A DNA stretch of 64,000 nucleotides from Mantamonas sphyraenae STR306 (lineage: Eukaryota; Protista; CRuMs): positions 310,001 through 374,000 of the forward strand of contig JAPMXV010000030.1 of NCBI GenBank assembly GCA_026936335.1, in the 5' to 3' direction. This document shows, in pieces, positions 24,611 to 37,200 of the stretch (positions are counted from its first letter, which is position 1; every line of letters starts with the position of its first letter). Below the pieces are notes generated by a model. That model made no database searches, had not been told where the DNA came from, and saw nothing but the letters and a program-made list of their open reading frames with translations. The position numbers and the translations under genes were made by a program.

Positions 24611-25303
24611 ATGCCCAACCGCACAGACCGAAAGGTGTACGACAAGGAAACACCGGCACCGACGTATCCCGTACGTGTTTGCCTCTTGCCCCCTTGCCCT
24701 CTTGCCCTCTTGCCCTCTTGCCAGCAGGTTGACACCCTGACACCCACCCGCGCTTTCCCTCCCCGGGCTGTTCACTTTTCGCAGGAACGGAGGATCGAGC
24801 CCATGCCAAAGGTCAGCGAGTGCCCTCAACTCATCGAATGGGAGAAACTGCTCAAGGCGTACAGCAGCAGTTTCCACAGGGTGCCTGCAGAGCCGTCTGC
24901 GGCGGCTCATGTGCTACGCCTGCTCGACGTCGCCTCCGTGCCCACCGTCCAGCGTGGCGGCGACAGCTACTTTCCGCAGGAACTCATCAAGAAGCGCAAA
25001 CGTGAGGCTCTGGCCGGTAGCAGCCTGTACAAGGAGCGCAAGGTCCAGGAAGCGCAGGAGGAGGCCGAGTTGGAAGGAGAGGCGGCGGGCGACGATGCAC
25101 AGGACTCAAAACGCGCACGAGTGGGCAACAAAGACGAAAATGACGACGGAACAGACCCGTACGACCAAACAGGACTCGATGACGACGAAGACGTAGGCGA
25201 CGACGACGACGACGACTACACACGAGCCCAGCAGTTCAGCGACGACGAAGATGCCGACGACAACGAATCCGACGGTGACCAAGGACCCACCATTTACAGC
25301 TAG
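24611..25303 (+). CDS. RNA polymerase III subunit RPC31/RPC7 (POLR3G-like)
   Basis: PAPTYP start, YFPQEL motif, long acidic C-tail. In-frame 114-bp intron 24671-24784 (GTACGT...GCAG). Confidence 0.65.
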   Translation: MPNRTDRKVYDKETPAPTYPVRVCLLPPCPLALLPSCQQVDTLTPTRAFPPRAVHFSQERRIEPMPKVSECPQLIEWEKLLKAYSSSFHRVPAEPSAAAHVLRLLDVASVPTVQRGGDSYFPQELIKKRKREALAGSSLYKERKVQEAQEEAELEGEAAGDDAQDSKRARVGNKDENDDGTDPYDQTGLDDDEDVGDDDDDDYTRAQQFSDDEDADDNESDGDQGPTIYS

Positions 25304-25363
25304 GCTGTTGCACCTTCCTCCACTTCTTCTTGCTTCCATTGTAACATAAAACAAGTCTCACCA

Positions 25364-28300
25364 CTATCCCTCCAGCTCCGCGTCCGTCGGCCACGCTGTG
25401 CTCTTTTGCTCCAGCTTGCCATCCAGCACCAACGCCCACCGTTGCCTCTGGTCTCCACGTTCGTTCGGAGGCATGACCCAAGTCACACTGTGGCCTGCTC
25501 GCGCCATGGTCGCCCACTTGCTCTGTTTGCGCTCGTTTTGCTTCATGATGGTGAAGCCACGCAGCCGCACGTTCCGCAGGCCCTTCAGCGGCGTGTGTTC
25601 GATGCGAAGCACCTCGCCACTCTCTTCCAGCACAATCTCCCTCTTGGTCAGATCGTGCAGATGCCTGTCGATGTACAGCACCGTCGACAGCGGCAGCAGT
25701 GGCCTATCCAGCACGTTTCCATTCTCCACCCGTTGTCGCTTGCCCCCTCCCGACTCCTCCTCCACAGGAATGTCCTGGTCGTCGTCGTCCTCCTCGTCGT
25801 CGTTCTCGTTGCCGTTGTCGTCCTCGTTGCCACCCACCTCTCCCTTCTTTCGCTTCTTGCCCCCTCCCTTGCGCTTCGTCTTTGCCTTGCTGCGTTTGCT
25901 CTCTGCACGCGCGGCTGCCTCCTGCATCCGCCTGTCTGCTTCATCCGCCAACTTGGCCAGCGGCTGCATTTTCAGCTGCGTCACTGCCTTCTGCAGCCGC
26001 TTGTTGCTGAACTTCACCTTGCGATTGCGCGAGAAATAGTCCTGCAGCGACGATTGCACCTGCACCTCCCTCTCCTGCATGCGCTTCATGATGGGCAGCA
26101 ACATGTCGTCTGTCTTTTTCTGAGGCCACCCAAACTTGGCGTACGTAAAGTCGCGGATGGCCTGCAGATTCGGCGTGCCCCACCCAAATCGCTCCGAACT
26201 CGTGTCCACCGCAGGCTCCAGATACGCATTCCGCACCACGGCATTGGGAAAGTTGCGTGGCACGTCCAACTTGGTGCGAAGCTTGCCAAACAGCGTCTCC
26301 AGTGTCCTCAGCCGCTTGCGCTGCGCACATTCTGCGTCGCTCAGCGCCTCATTGTGTGCATCTTTCTGATCCGTGCTGTCCAGCACCTCGCTCGGTGTGC
26401 GCGACTCCAGAAAGGCACGGAATTCCTTGAGGCCGTCCACGCCGGGGAAGTACGCAAGGATTTCTGCCGCCTTGATCACTCCCACGCCGCGAAGTCCTTG
26501 TGTGTAGTCAGAGCCCGTCAGGTACGCCAGGTTGATCAGTGTGTCTCGGTTGATCGACAATTCTTTCTCCAAAAGATCCATGGAGTACCGTTCCACGTAC
26601 TTCCGCTGGTCAAACATGTTCTTGTACACCGTCTGCGCCCCAAACAGAAACGCATCCGAATCGTCCGTCACAATCCCGTCCACCAGGCCCTGCTCGTTCA
26701 GATACGCACACTGCGCCTCTGCCTCAAACGGCGCCTCCACCCACGGAATGCCAAACATCAAAAGCAGCTCCTTCGTGTCCGCCATCATCTCCCCAGACAC
26801 TGTTTGGTTCACTCGGTCGTTCGCCTTGACCGCCTTGAGAAGCTCTTCCTGAGTCCGTGCCATCTCCTTGTCTGCCTCACTCTGGGCCTTGGCCTCCTCC
26901 TCTGCCCTCTTTTCAGCCTCTTGCTCCTTCTGCTTCGTCTCTTCCACCTCCTTTGCCTTGTCCGATGAGCGCACCAGCCACGCCGATTCTGAGGACGCAA
27001 GTACAGTGCCCCCAGCTGTCTCCTCTCCATGCTGTGCCTCTGCATCCACCTGTTGCCGTGTACCCTCCTTTTCAACCTCCATGGTTGTCGACATTGTGTC
27101 TTCTTGCACACTCTCCGGGGCCTCGTCGCGATCTCCTCCTCACGCTGGTCTTTCTTTGGCGATTCCGCCCTCTTTGTGGTCTGTTCCTCCTCCCTCACAT
27201 CCTCTCACATCCTCTCATACCTTCTCGTTCACGAACCTCCATACCTTTCTCGTTCACGGTTGGTTGCACCTCGGCCACCGCCACCTGCTCATCTTCGACC
27301 ACCGCCACGTGCTCATCTCCACCCACCGCCACGTGCTCATCTCCAACCCACCTCCACGTGCTCATCTCTCCACCCACCTGCTCATCTCCACACCTCATCA
27401 TCTCCACCGCCAGATGCTCATCTCGCCACGTGCTCATCTCCAACCACCTCCACGTGCTCATCTCCACCCACCGCCACGTGCTCATCTCCACCCACCGCCA
27501 CCATCTCCACGCCACGTGCTCATCTCCACCCACCGCCACGTGCTCATCTCCACCCACCGCCACCTGCTCATCTCCACCCACCGCCACTGCTCATGTTCCA
27601 CCTCCATATCCTCACCTCGCACGCTTTTGCCCACAAACACAACCTCCTCGTCCTCATCCTCCTCTCCATCGCTGCCGTCACTGCTCAACTCCTCGTCGCT
27701 GCTCTCATCCTCAAACTCCACCTTCACTGCCTTCTTCACCTTTCCTTCCCATCCTGTTCCTTCTGTCAACGCCCGAGGCTTGCTGTTACCTCGTCCATCC
27801 TCCTCTCGGTTCATATGCGCGATCTTCCTTCCAAACTCCAGCGTCGTGATGTCCACTGGCCCCTCCTCCCTCTTTCGCCCTCCAGCATCCGCCCCACCTT
27901 TTTCATCCTCCTCCTCCTCCTCTTCTCCCTCTTGGTGATCCTCAATGTACCACGCCAGCGAAACCGCCCGTCCCTTGCGCTTTGCGGCCTCCGCTTTCCG
28001 CTTCTCCTCCTCCGCCTTCAGCTCCTCAATCAGCGCCTCCTCCGCCTCCCTCTTTCGCTTCTCCTCCTCACTCTCCTCCTCCTCCTCTCCATCATCTCCG
28101 TCCTCACCAATCCGCTGCAGCCCCATCGACTCTTCCAACGCACGTTGTGTCTCCACGTCCATCCCATCCAGCTCCTCCACGTCTTTGGCCCCTCTTGCCG
28201 CCTCCTCCCTCTCCATTGCACGTCTTTCCTTCCAAGAGTACACATGTGTTCCTTGTGCCACTCCCCTTGCAATCGTTTCCGAGTCTGCTTCCTGCTCCAC

Positions 28301-30037
28301 CTCCGGCATGAATCCACCAAACGCCTCATCCCCTCCCTCCTCCCGGTTCTCCACCTGTGCCACATCGTCCACAATGTCCTGCATGTCATCATCGCTTCCA
28401 ATTCCTTGCTCATCATCATCACTCAGTCCGTCCCCAAAATCTCCCGTGTCCACCACAAACCTGTTCAGATCCTCCTTGCCATCGCTTTCATACCCACCAC
28501 CACCACTGCTACTACTGCTACTGCTGCTTGATGTCACACCCACCCCAGATCCATCATCCTCGTCAAATTCCATCCCGTAGTGCTCCTGAAGTGAACGCTG
28601 GATCCCCAGACGCATTGCCTCTTCCTCGCTCAGCCCTTCCATCCCCCCGTCCTCCTCTTGCAACTGCCGTGCCACATTCTCCATCTGAATCTGTGCCTTC
28701 ATCTTGCCCGTGTCCCCCTCCTCCTCGTTCCATTTTAGCAACATGTACCCTTTGTCGCTCTCGCTGCGGATGGGGTTCAACCCCAGCCCCAGATCATCCT
28801 GAGCCTCGTTCTTGATCTGTTCACGCACCTCCAGCAGCTTGTTGTTCATCTTGCTGCTTCGCACCAGGTTCTGCAGCTGAAGCATCGAAAAGTTTCGTCC
28901 ATCCGCAGCCGCTACAGACACGTCTGCGTGCCTGACCCATCCTTTCGCCTTTCGCAACCGCTGCACGTCCACAAGCAGCTCATACTGCATCTTTGTGCTC
29001 AGCTCCTGGAACGCCTGGCTGTCCACTTCGATGTCGTGCATGTACTCTTGGTAGTGTTCCATCTGAGCCATGGCATCCAGCCGCGTCCGCTCTTCTTCCT
29101 CCCCGCTGCTCCCGTCCTCTTCCTCCTCCCCGTCTCCAGCATTTGGGTTCCGCTTGCTGCGGAACAACCGCCGTGTACGTGCTCGTTCTCGATCCCTCTC
29201 TCTCTCCTCTCTTGCCTGCCGATCAGAAAACGGCAGCGGAGCTTTCGGATCCACAAACCGCCCGGCCTCTTCCAACGACTCTGCATCCATGCCCATGCCA
29301 CCCTCTCCGCCGCCCCCTCCTCCATCCTCGTCCTCGTCCTCTTCCTCGTCCTCATCTTCCACCCCTCTTCGTTTCTTCTTCTTTCTTCTAGGGCGTCGTT
29401 GGCCCGGCAGCTGCTCTCCCCCGCCGCTGCTCCCGACTTGCCCCTCCCCGTCTACCTCGCTCTCCTCAGGAATCACAAACTCTTGAAACACTGGCATCCA
29501 GTCGTCCTCGTCCTCGTCCTCTTCGTCCTCCTCGTCCTCTGCGCCTTTCGCGGACAAAGACGCACCAGCTCGCTCCTCCTCGCCTCCTTTGCCAACCACT
29601 CCCCCTTGGCTCTTCAGCTGGTTCATCAACAGCTTCTTTGCTGCATTCTTAAACACAGACCGCGACCTCTGCCGCTGCCTCTCCTCCTGTGCTCCGCGTG
29701 CCCCGTCCGCACCCCCGTGTCAGCCGGTTCTCGAGAATCCATCTTCCGCCCTCCCGCCGTCCACACAACCTACCACCGTGCGTTGCTTCAGTGCTGGCGC
29801 GCTCCCGTCAAACACAAACACTGGCCGGATGTGGAAAAACAGCAGCTTGCAGATGCGGTTGAACATGCCCAGCAGGTGCGCGTTGGGCACCGTGTTTCCG
29901 TCCCGATCTCGGTACGCCTTGACAAACTGGTGCACCCAAATGCTTGTGTCTATCGCCAGCGTCTTGTTTGCCAACGACTCCAGCAAGATTTGCTCCCGAG
30001 CAGGCCCCACCAGCTTCCAAAGATCCTTTACTCCCAT
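25364..30037 (-). CDS. ERCC5: XPG/RAD2 (ERCC5) structure-specific endonuclease
   Basis: N-domain MGVKDLW...LAIDTSIW...[25 protein letters not shown]; intron 29687-29773; FSMLQLQN motif; I-domain [17 protein letters not shown]...[10 protein letters not shown]...GSDYTQG; PIP box QSSLQDYF. Several frameshifts in the spacer region (27100-27600). Confidence 0.93.
27275..27592. repeat. Degenerate 24-bp minisatellite (CCACCCACCGCCACGTGCTCATCT)n inside XPG
   Basis: About 13 imperfect tandem copies are visible directly; the minus strand reads (GGDEHVAV)n where in frame. Confidence 0.9.
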
Positions 30038-30089
30038 GGCCGCTTTCTGCTGCCTCCGCTGACGCCACACACCCTCACCCTCCTCCACA

Positions 30090-33000
30090 TCACTCGGTCA
30101 TTCCATTTCCCCCTCGCACCAGGCTCCCGCCTCGCTTCTGTGCCTCCTCCTTGCGCACCTGATCCTGCCTGGCCATGTGGCTGCGTCGTTCCCGCAAAAG
30201 GCTCTCCGTTTCTAGGATCAGCCTCACCCACACCGGCTTGTTTGCCTCCACACGCTCCCGTGCCACTGTTGCAACAAGCACCTCCTTGCGTTCCTCCAGC
30301 TGCGCCACACTCAGCGGTGCCAGCTCGGCCTCGTCGTCACTGAGCTCCACTTCCTCCTCCCCTCCTTCTGCTCCGTAGTCGATGAACATCAGCTCTCGCT
30401 CCACAGAAGCCTCGTAGAATGACAATCCCAGCTCCGAAAACATCTCCTGCGACTCCTTCAGCAGCGTCTTGCGGAACGACGCCTCGCGCAGCTCCCATCC
30501 AGCTGACGACGAGTTCCCCGCGCCTTCGTCCTTCACATTCAGCGCCCCCGTGCGCTCTGGATGCTTCACGTCGTGACGTGCAATGTCTGCACGCACCAAC
30601 GCACGCTCCAGCGCCATTTCGTTGCCCTTTCGCTTCGCTTCCACAGTTTCCATCCACGTCGCCAACGCCGCAGCCACCCTGCCCGTCAGCCAACTCTGCT
30701 TGCCGTCGTAGTAGTTCAGACGAGCGTGTGCAAACTCAAACACTCGCTCGTACTTTTTCATCGCCTTGTGCACCTGCGCACACAGAGTCTGGTACTCCCG
30801 CCGTTCCTTCTCCCGTCTACGCACCCCGTCCCTGTTTTGCAGCATAGCATGCCGCGCGATGCGCCTGTTGTTCCTCTCCCATCCCCAGTAGCCCACATGT
30901 AGCAGTGTCACAAGCGTCACATACAACGTGGACGTGGTTTGTGGCGCACGTTCCAGCTCCCTGCTTGCCTCCTGCGCACGTTCCAGTGCTTCCTTGTGTT
31001 CCCCACGATTGTGATGCAGCATTGCCAGCGCAGCATACACTGCGCTCCGCTTCCCGCTGTCCTCCGTCTCTGCCCACTCGCGCAGCCGCTGCAGTTTCGA
31101 CCCCAGCCGCGCCGCCTCGGTCAACTCGCCCAGCAGGATCAACACCACCATCTGCAGACTCTGCACTTCCAGAAGGATCGACTTGTCGTGCAGCTCCTGC
31201 ACAAGCTTCACCAGGTAGCCCAGCTCCATCTGCGCACGCTCCAGCTCCCCTTCCAAGAAGGCAATCACAGCCAATCGCAGCAGCACCTTGCTCCTCTTGC
31301 GCGAGTCGCCCAGGTCCTCGTACACCGAAGCCGCACGCTTCAGCTCGTTGCTGGCACCCGCCCAGTTGCCTTGCACATACTCCAGATACGCACCTTGTTC
31401 GCTTACCAGTGCCCCCGACGACTTGCTTCGCAGATACATGCTCAGCTCCCCCGCACGCTGCCGGTACTCTTTGGCTTTGCTCAGGTTGCACGACAACACC
31501 GCTGCCAGCGACGCCTCCGCCACAACCAGCGTCTGCAGAAGCAGATCCCGTGTCGTTTGTCCATCAAACGACGACGACAACGCACGCGGGCCCAGTTGCT
31601 TCAGCGCCATCAGCGTGCTGTTCACTGCCTTTTCCACCTCGTTCTGCTCGTAATGACACACCGCCAGCAGTTGATACAGACGCGCCACCGTGCGAACCTC
31701 TTCGTCGTACTCTTCCTCGTCCGCCGAATCCCCGTCGCGCCGCCCTCCTCCACGTCGACGCAGTGTGCCCAGTCCCAAGAACCCACTGCTGCTGCTGCTT
31801 TCGTCCTCCATAATGTCTTGGATCGCAGACGACGGCAACGGCTGCTCCAGCAGTTCCAGCCCTTCTTCCAATTCCGATTGCGCACGTTCCTTTCGCTCAA
31901 TGCCCAGGTACGCCTCTGCAAGCTCCAAGCGCAGACGCGCTCCCTCCACACCTTCGCTCAACAGCGGCACCACCGTGCGTTGGAACGCCTCGTTCGAATC
32001 ATCCACCGCTCCGTCCTTGCTTGCGCCATCGCTTGCGCCATCGCTTCCTGTGCCGCCGCTGCTGTTGTTCCCGTCGTCGCCACTGCCCAGCCGTCGTGTC
32101 TTGTTGCCCACAGGCTCTTGGATCGGCCTCCAGCCATACTCGGGGTCATCGCCGTCATGTTGCCGTCGCCATAAAGCATGTTGCTGTCCAGCAGATGCTT
32201 CTTTGCCTGCACCACCCCATCTTGAGCAGGTACACGGCGTCGTAAAAGTCGCCCACGTTCAAGGCCTGCGTGCCTGCCTTTTCGAAAAACACCGCCGCCC
32301 TGTCCGCGCGTCCGGCCGTCGCGTAGTAGTCCGACACCATGTTGTACACAAAGGGAAGGTGCGGGGTGTTGCGCACATTCCAATCGGCCACCACGCCGCG
32401 CACCTTGCGACACCAGCTTTCCACACGCTCCAGCCGCGAAACGTGCAACTGGAACAGCGAGCTGGCAAACTCCAGCCGAGTTGTGTGTCCTCGCACCGGC
32501 ACGAAAATCTCCATCGCCACAAGGGTGCGCACCGCCCTCTTCAACACATTGCTACGTCCTGCCAGCTCGCTCGACTTGTTCGTGGCCTTGACGCTGCCGG
32601 CAATGTCGATCAGCTCGCGCACGGAAAATTGTTGCCCGATCGCGCTGCCACATTCCAGCACGTGCCTCAGGTGCAACGGGAACCTGTCCACGCGCTTGGC
32701 CAGGATATCACTGTGCGACTCGATGCCAAACTTGCTCACATTGCTGCCTGGTCGCACACGAACGCGGTTGGTCTCCCTGTCCAGGCGGATCATTGAGTTT
32801 TCTGCAAGCGCACGCATCAGCATCTCGCACCACAGCGGCGAGCCACCGCAGTGCTGGTCCAGCATAAGCAACACAGGCAGCGGCAACACGAGCTCGTCCA
32901 CATCCACCGCCATGTTGACCGCCTTTTGGGCCACGCACACACACTCCTTCACACTCAATGGCCCCACCTGGATCACTTCCGTGTCTTCTCGGTTCATCAG

Positions 33001-34208
33001 CATCGCCAACACAGGGTGCTTCACGTGCATGCCCCGGCCCGTGCCTTCCACCCCTCCCACACCGTCGCCGCCCAACGCCGCCTCGCCACCCCTGCCTTCC
33101 TCATCTTCCTCCACCTCTTCCTCCAGACCCATCATTGTGGCCAACGAACGCTCGGGGATCTTGGCCTTGTAGCGTTCGTGGGGCTGCGTCATGGCCGCCT
33201 GGATCAGATCCGTGTCGTCTTCGTCCACCGCAAAGCCTCCCATCAGTTCCGGCTGCTCCAGGCCGATGCCAGCGAACAAAGCACGCTCCTTTGCCTCCAG
33301 ATCCAACATCTGGTCGTGATCTTCGATGTGGCCAATCTTGCGGCGCACGTCCAACTGCTTACTCAGCGGACGGGTCACAAACAACAGCAGGAGGTTGGGC
33401 ACATGTAGCATCAGGTCTGCACACAGCTGCCACGACGGCTCGTCCATCCATTGTGCGTTTTCAAGCACCACCACAACGGGACACTGCGCCGTCGCCTCAA
33501 GAAACAGGTCCACAAACAGCTTTCGGGTCACCGACCCACGCAGTGTGCCCGACAGAGACTCGGTGTACTCTGTCTCGGGCATCACCCACGGCATGACCGC
33601 GTTCAACAGCGGCAGGCGGTCCACGTACGACGGGTTCTTCCGGATGATGCCGTACACTCCCTCTCCACCTCGTCCGTCTTCCAGCGACATCAGCGCCTGG
33701 AACACACTCTGGAACGATGCATACGCCGTGTTGACGGCTCGCAGATCGGCATTGCCTGTGAGGACCGGCACGTCGCAGTACTCACACAGATACCCAAACT
33801 GTCGTACCAGAGCGCTCTTTCCATACCCAGGCGGTCCCTCCACAACCACACACCGCGACGCACCCGTCTTTACAAGGTTGTTCAGTTGCGTCTGCAGCCG
33901 GCGGTACTCTTCACGCCGCCCAAAGAACAGATGGTCCAACAACTCCTCAGGCGCATCCGCAGATGACAACACACGCGGGCGCCTGCTCAACATGCCCGGC
34001 TTCGTCAGCCCGGCCTCTCGCACAAGTTTGGCCAGCCGTTGGGCTTTCATGGTCTCGCGACGCGTGCGGTTGCGCAGCTCGTTCGCCTTTGCTTGTCGTT
34101 CGGCCTCGTTGGCCTGCTTCTCCACCAAACTCTCCTCCGCAGCCCCTTCCTCACGCACCTCGTTGTCAACGGCACCTTCGCCACGGTGTTCCCCTCTAGG
34201 ACTGCTGC

Positions 34209-34241
<33 letters not shown>

Positions 34242-37200
34242 CTGCATCGCCTCCGCTGTCGGTGCCTCGTTCGCTGCTGCTCGCTCCGCGAGGGCTCTCG
34301 GACCCATCGGATGAACTGCTTCCGTGGCGCGATGACCGTCCCTTGAGGCGGACAGGCGTTTGTTGTTTCTGTTTTTGTTGTTGCTGCTGCTCGTGCTGCT
34401 CGTGCTGCTCCAGGCCACGCTGCAGAAACAAGTACCTCTGCACCGCCTCGCCATCCTTGGCCAGCTGTTGGCGCGTCTCTGCCTTTTGCTCTTTCCACGT
34501 CGACTTGAACGACGTCACGCGTGCCTGCACAGAGTGCACAACCTGCGACCCTTCCGTCAGACTGGCCAGTACTCCATTGTCGGCCACCATCTTGTCCCAA
34601 AACTCAAGGAATCCGGCCACGCCTTGCGCACGCTCCATCGCAAGCACGTTGTCGTCCCCCATCATATAGTACAGCACCGAACCCTCTCCCAAAATGGCAC
34701 GAAGAACACGCAACACAGTTGCAGGGTTGGGTGGAGGGTCGCCGGCGCGCGACGACGTCGATGCCATCCTGCGCTTGCTACTCCTTCCGCTCTCGCCATA
34801 CTCGTCTTCCTCCTCGTCTTCGTCTTTGCCCTCTTCTTCTTGCTCAGCAGCCAGGCGGGCAGCCTCCTCGGCTTCGGCTTTGCGCCGTTGCGCTTCGCGT
34901 AGATATGCGAGAAGCGTGGTCAGCATGAAGCTGAGCAGCGCTTCGGGCTCCTCACGATTGGGCAAACGCGGCATGGAACCAGAGTTGATGTACTCCACAA
35001 TGGCCATCAGGCGGTTGACGTACTTTTGCATCACATCACTCTTGTCCGTGCTGGTCAACACAAGCAGCGCCACACGGATGCTCAGTTCAAGTGGGTCTTC
35101 GCATGTGAGCTGGTCCTTCTCGCCACGCTTGCCAATGCCGAGCCTGTTGATTGCCTGGCGCAGTTGGTTTGTGCTGTGATCTGCCGCCAGCTCGATGCCA
35201 TCCTCCTCCTGCGGCAGCAGCTTCAGCTTGCTCAGCAGCAGGTAGCACACGTCCAGCAAATCCACTTGGTTCTTGTCAACCCATGTGTGAAACGGTGCCA
35301 TGCGCAGCCACCTTCCGTCCAGTCCGCCCGCTGCCGACATTGAGCGTCCGCTGCTCCCTCCGCTTTTGCGTTCCTGCTCTGCCTCCGCCGTCTTACCCGT
35401 CTCTCCACTGCCCTGACTCGACGACGACGATGACGCTGACAACGACCGTGCCGAGGATGAGGCTGCTGCCTGCACCTGTGTCAACCCGACAATGTGCTCC
35501 TGAAGTGTGGACGACGTATGCAGGTAATCCAGAAGTAATGACGTCAGCTGTACCATGTGCACGCGCACGTGCATGTCGTCAATGTCCTCCAGCTCGCTCT
35601 TTTTGCTGCGAATGAAATACAGCATCGACTTGAGTGCCAGCAGCGGCAGATCCATCTCACGAGTCACAGGAGGCCCCTGTTCCGCAAACACCTCCATGTG
35701 GATCATGGAGGAGCGAAAGAATGGCAGCGCCTGCTGTGTTTGCGTGTCCACGCGCCATTCGTGGTAGTGCACTGTCTTGAGCACGTTCATCGTGTACACC
35801 AAAAGCATGTCCTTTGGCCCCTTCAGTGGGAACAGCTCCATGCAGCTAAGCAACCATGGCCTCCACGCACTGTTGGCCATCATATGTGCACAGTTGCCAG
35901 GGTTCTTCATCAGCAGCACGTTGATGTCCTGCAACAACTTCTCCATCGTCTCCTTCTCCGCCGTGTGGCCCAGCACGAGCAACATGGCACGCAGAGCGTA
36001 GATGTTGCGCAGCTTCATCTCAAATGCAGTCGTTATCGCCGACTCGCTGGGCTCTGCAAGCTCAAAGTCGCCCAGCAGCCAGCGGAACATCACGTTGTAC
36101 AGGTCCCAGTTGAACCCGTACGCTTGCACCTCGTCGCACACGTACTTGAAGATAAGCTCGCTCAGCGCCGCGTTGGTGTCTTCCACCTTGGTATGCACAA
36201 GCTTTACCATCAACTGCAGCCCCACGAGACGCACACGTCGCTCGGGATGGCTCAGAAGCTTCAGAAATGTATCCACGCCACCCAACCACCACAGATTGTC
36301 GTACAGCTTCTGCACCACCTCAGGGTCGGTGTTTGACAATGATCGTACAGTGGTGCGCACGTCGCTAAACGACACACCTCCTCCGCCGCCTCTGGGGCTG
36401 CTCGACGACGATCCGGCATGGTCCAACTCGCCCGTGTCGCTGTCGCTCCTCTTGCTCAATGCCCCACTTTGCGCGCTGCTGCCAGCGCTATCTGATGACA
36501 CCTTGCGCGTCAACGAGCCCATCCTGGACAAAGACTTGATGCTCGTGCTGGGTGACGGCTCGTTGGACGAATCACCAGCACTGCCGCCAACTGTTGCATC
36601 ACCTCGCCCAGTGCTGCTGCTGCTGGACGATGTTGTACTCTGTTCCACCAGCATGCCGTTTTCGTCGTATGTCTGCGCCACCGAATCGACCACAACAAAG
36701 TCGTAGAACATGGCCAGGACCTCGTACAGCGAGTTGCTGTCTGTACATGTGTGCATAAAGTCCAAAAAGGCCTGTGTGGTCTTGTGAGTCAGAGCCCCGT
36801 CGTATTTGCTGTCAATGAGCTCGCTGATCAACTTGAGAATGCGGCGGCGGTATTCCTGGATTTGAGCCTGTGGAGGGCGCTCCAGCATCACCTCTCCCGT
36901 CTTGTAGTGCAACATAGTGTACCCCAGCGAGTAGGCCTGGCGTTCGTCCCACAAAAACACGCGCACCAGCTCGAGCAGGTCTCCCAGGGACACAGCCTTG
37001 TGGAAAAAGGCGTAGTCGCGCGCAAAGGTGGTCTCCATCCACTCCACCCACGACAGCAGCATCGATCTGTCACAGTAGATCCACACACGCGCGTCCACAA
37101 ACAGCTTCTTGTGAGCCATGCTTGAAAACGAAGAGGGAAACGCACGTGCAAGGTCTTGCAATGCATGAAAGATGTCATAGTCCAACACACTGGGCTTGGT

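Noticed and set aside
27275-27592. 24-bp repeats as a CRISPR-like array
   Set aside because: Units are directly tandem with no unique spacers, there are no cas genes, and the context is a eukaryotic coding region.
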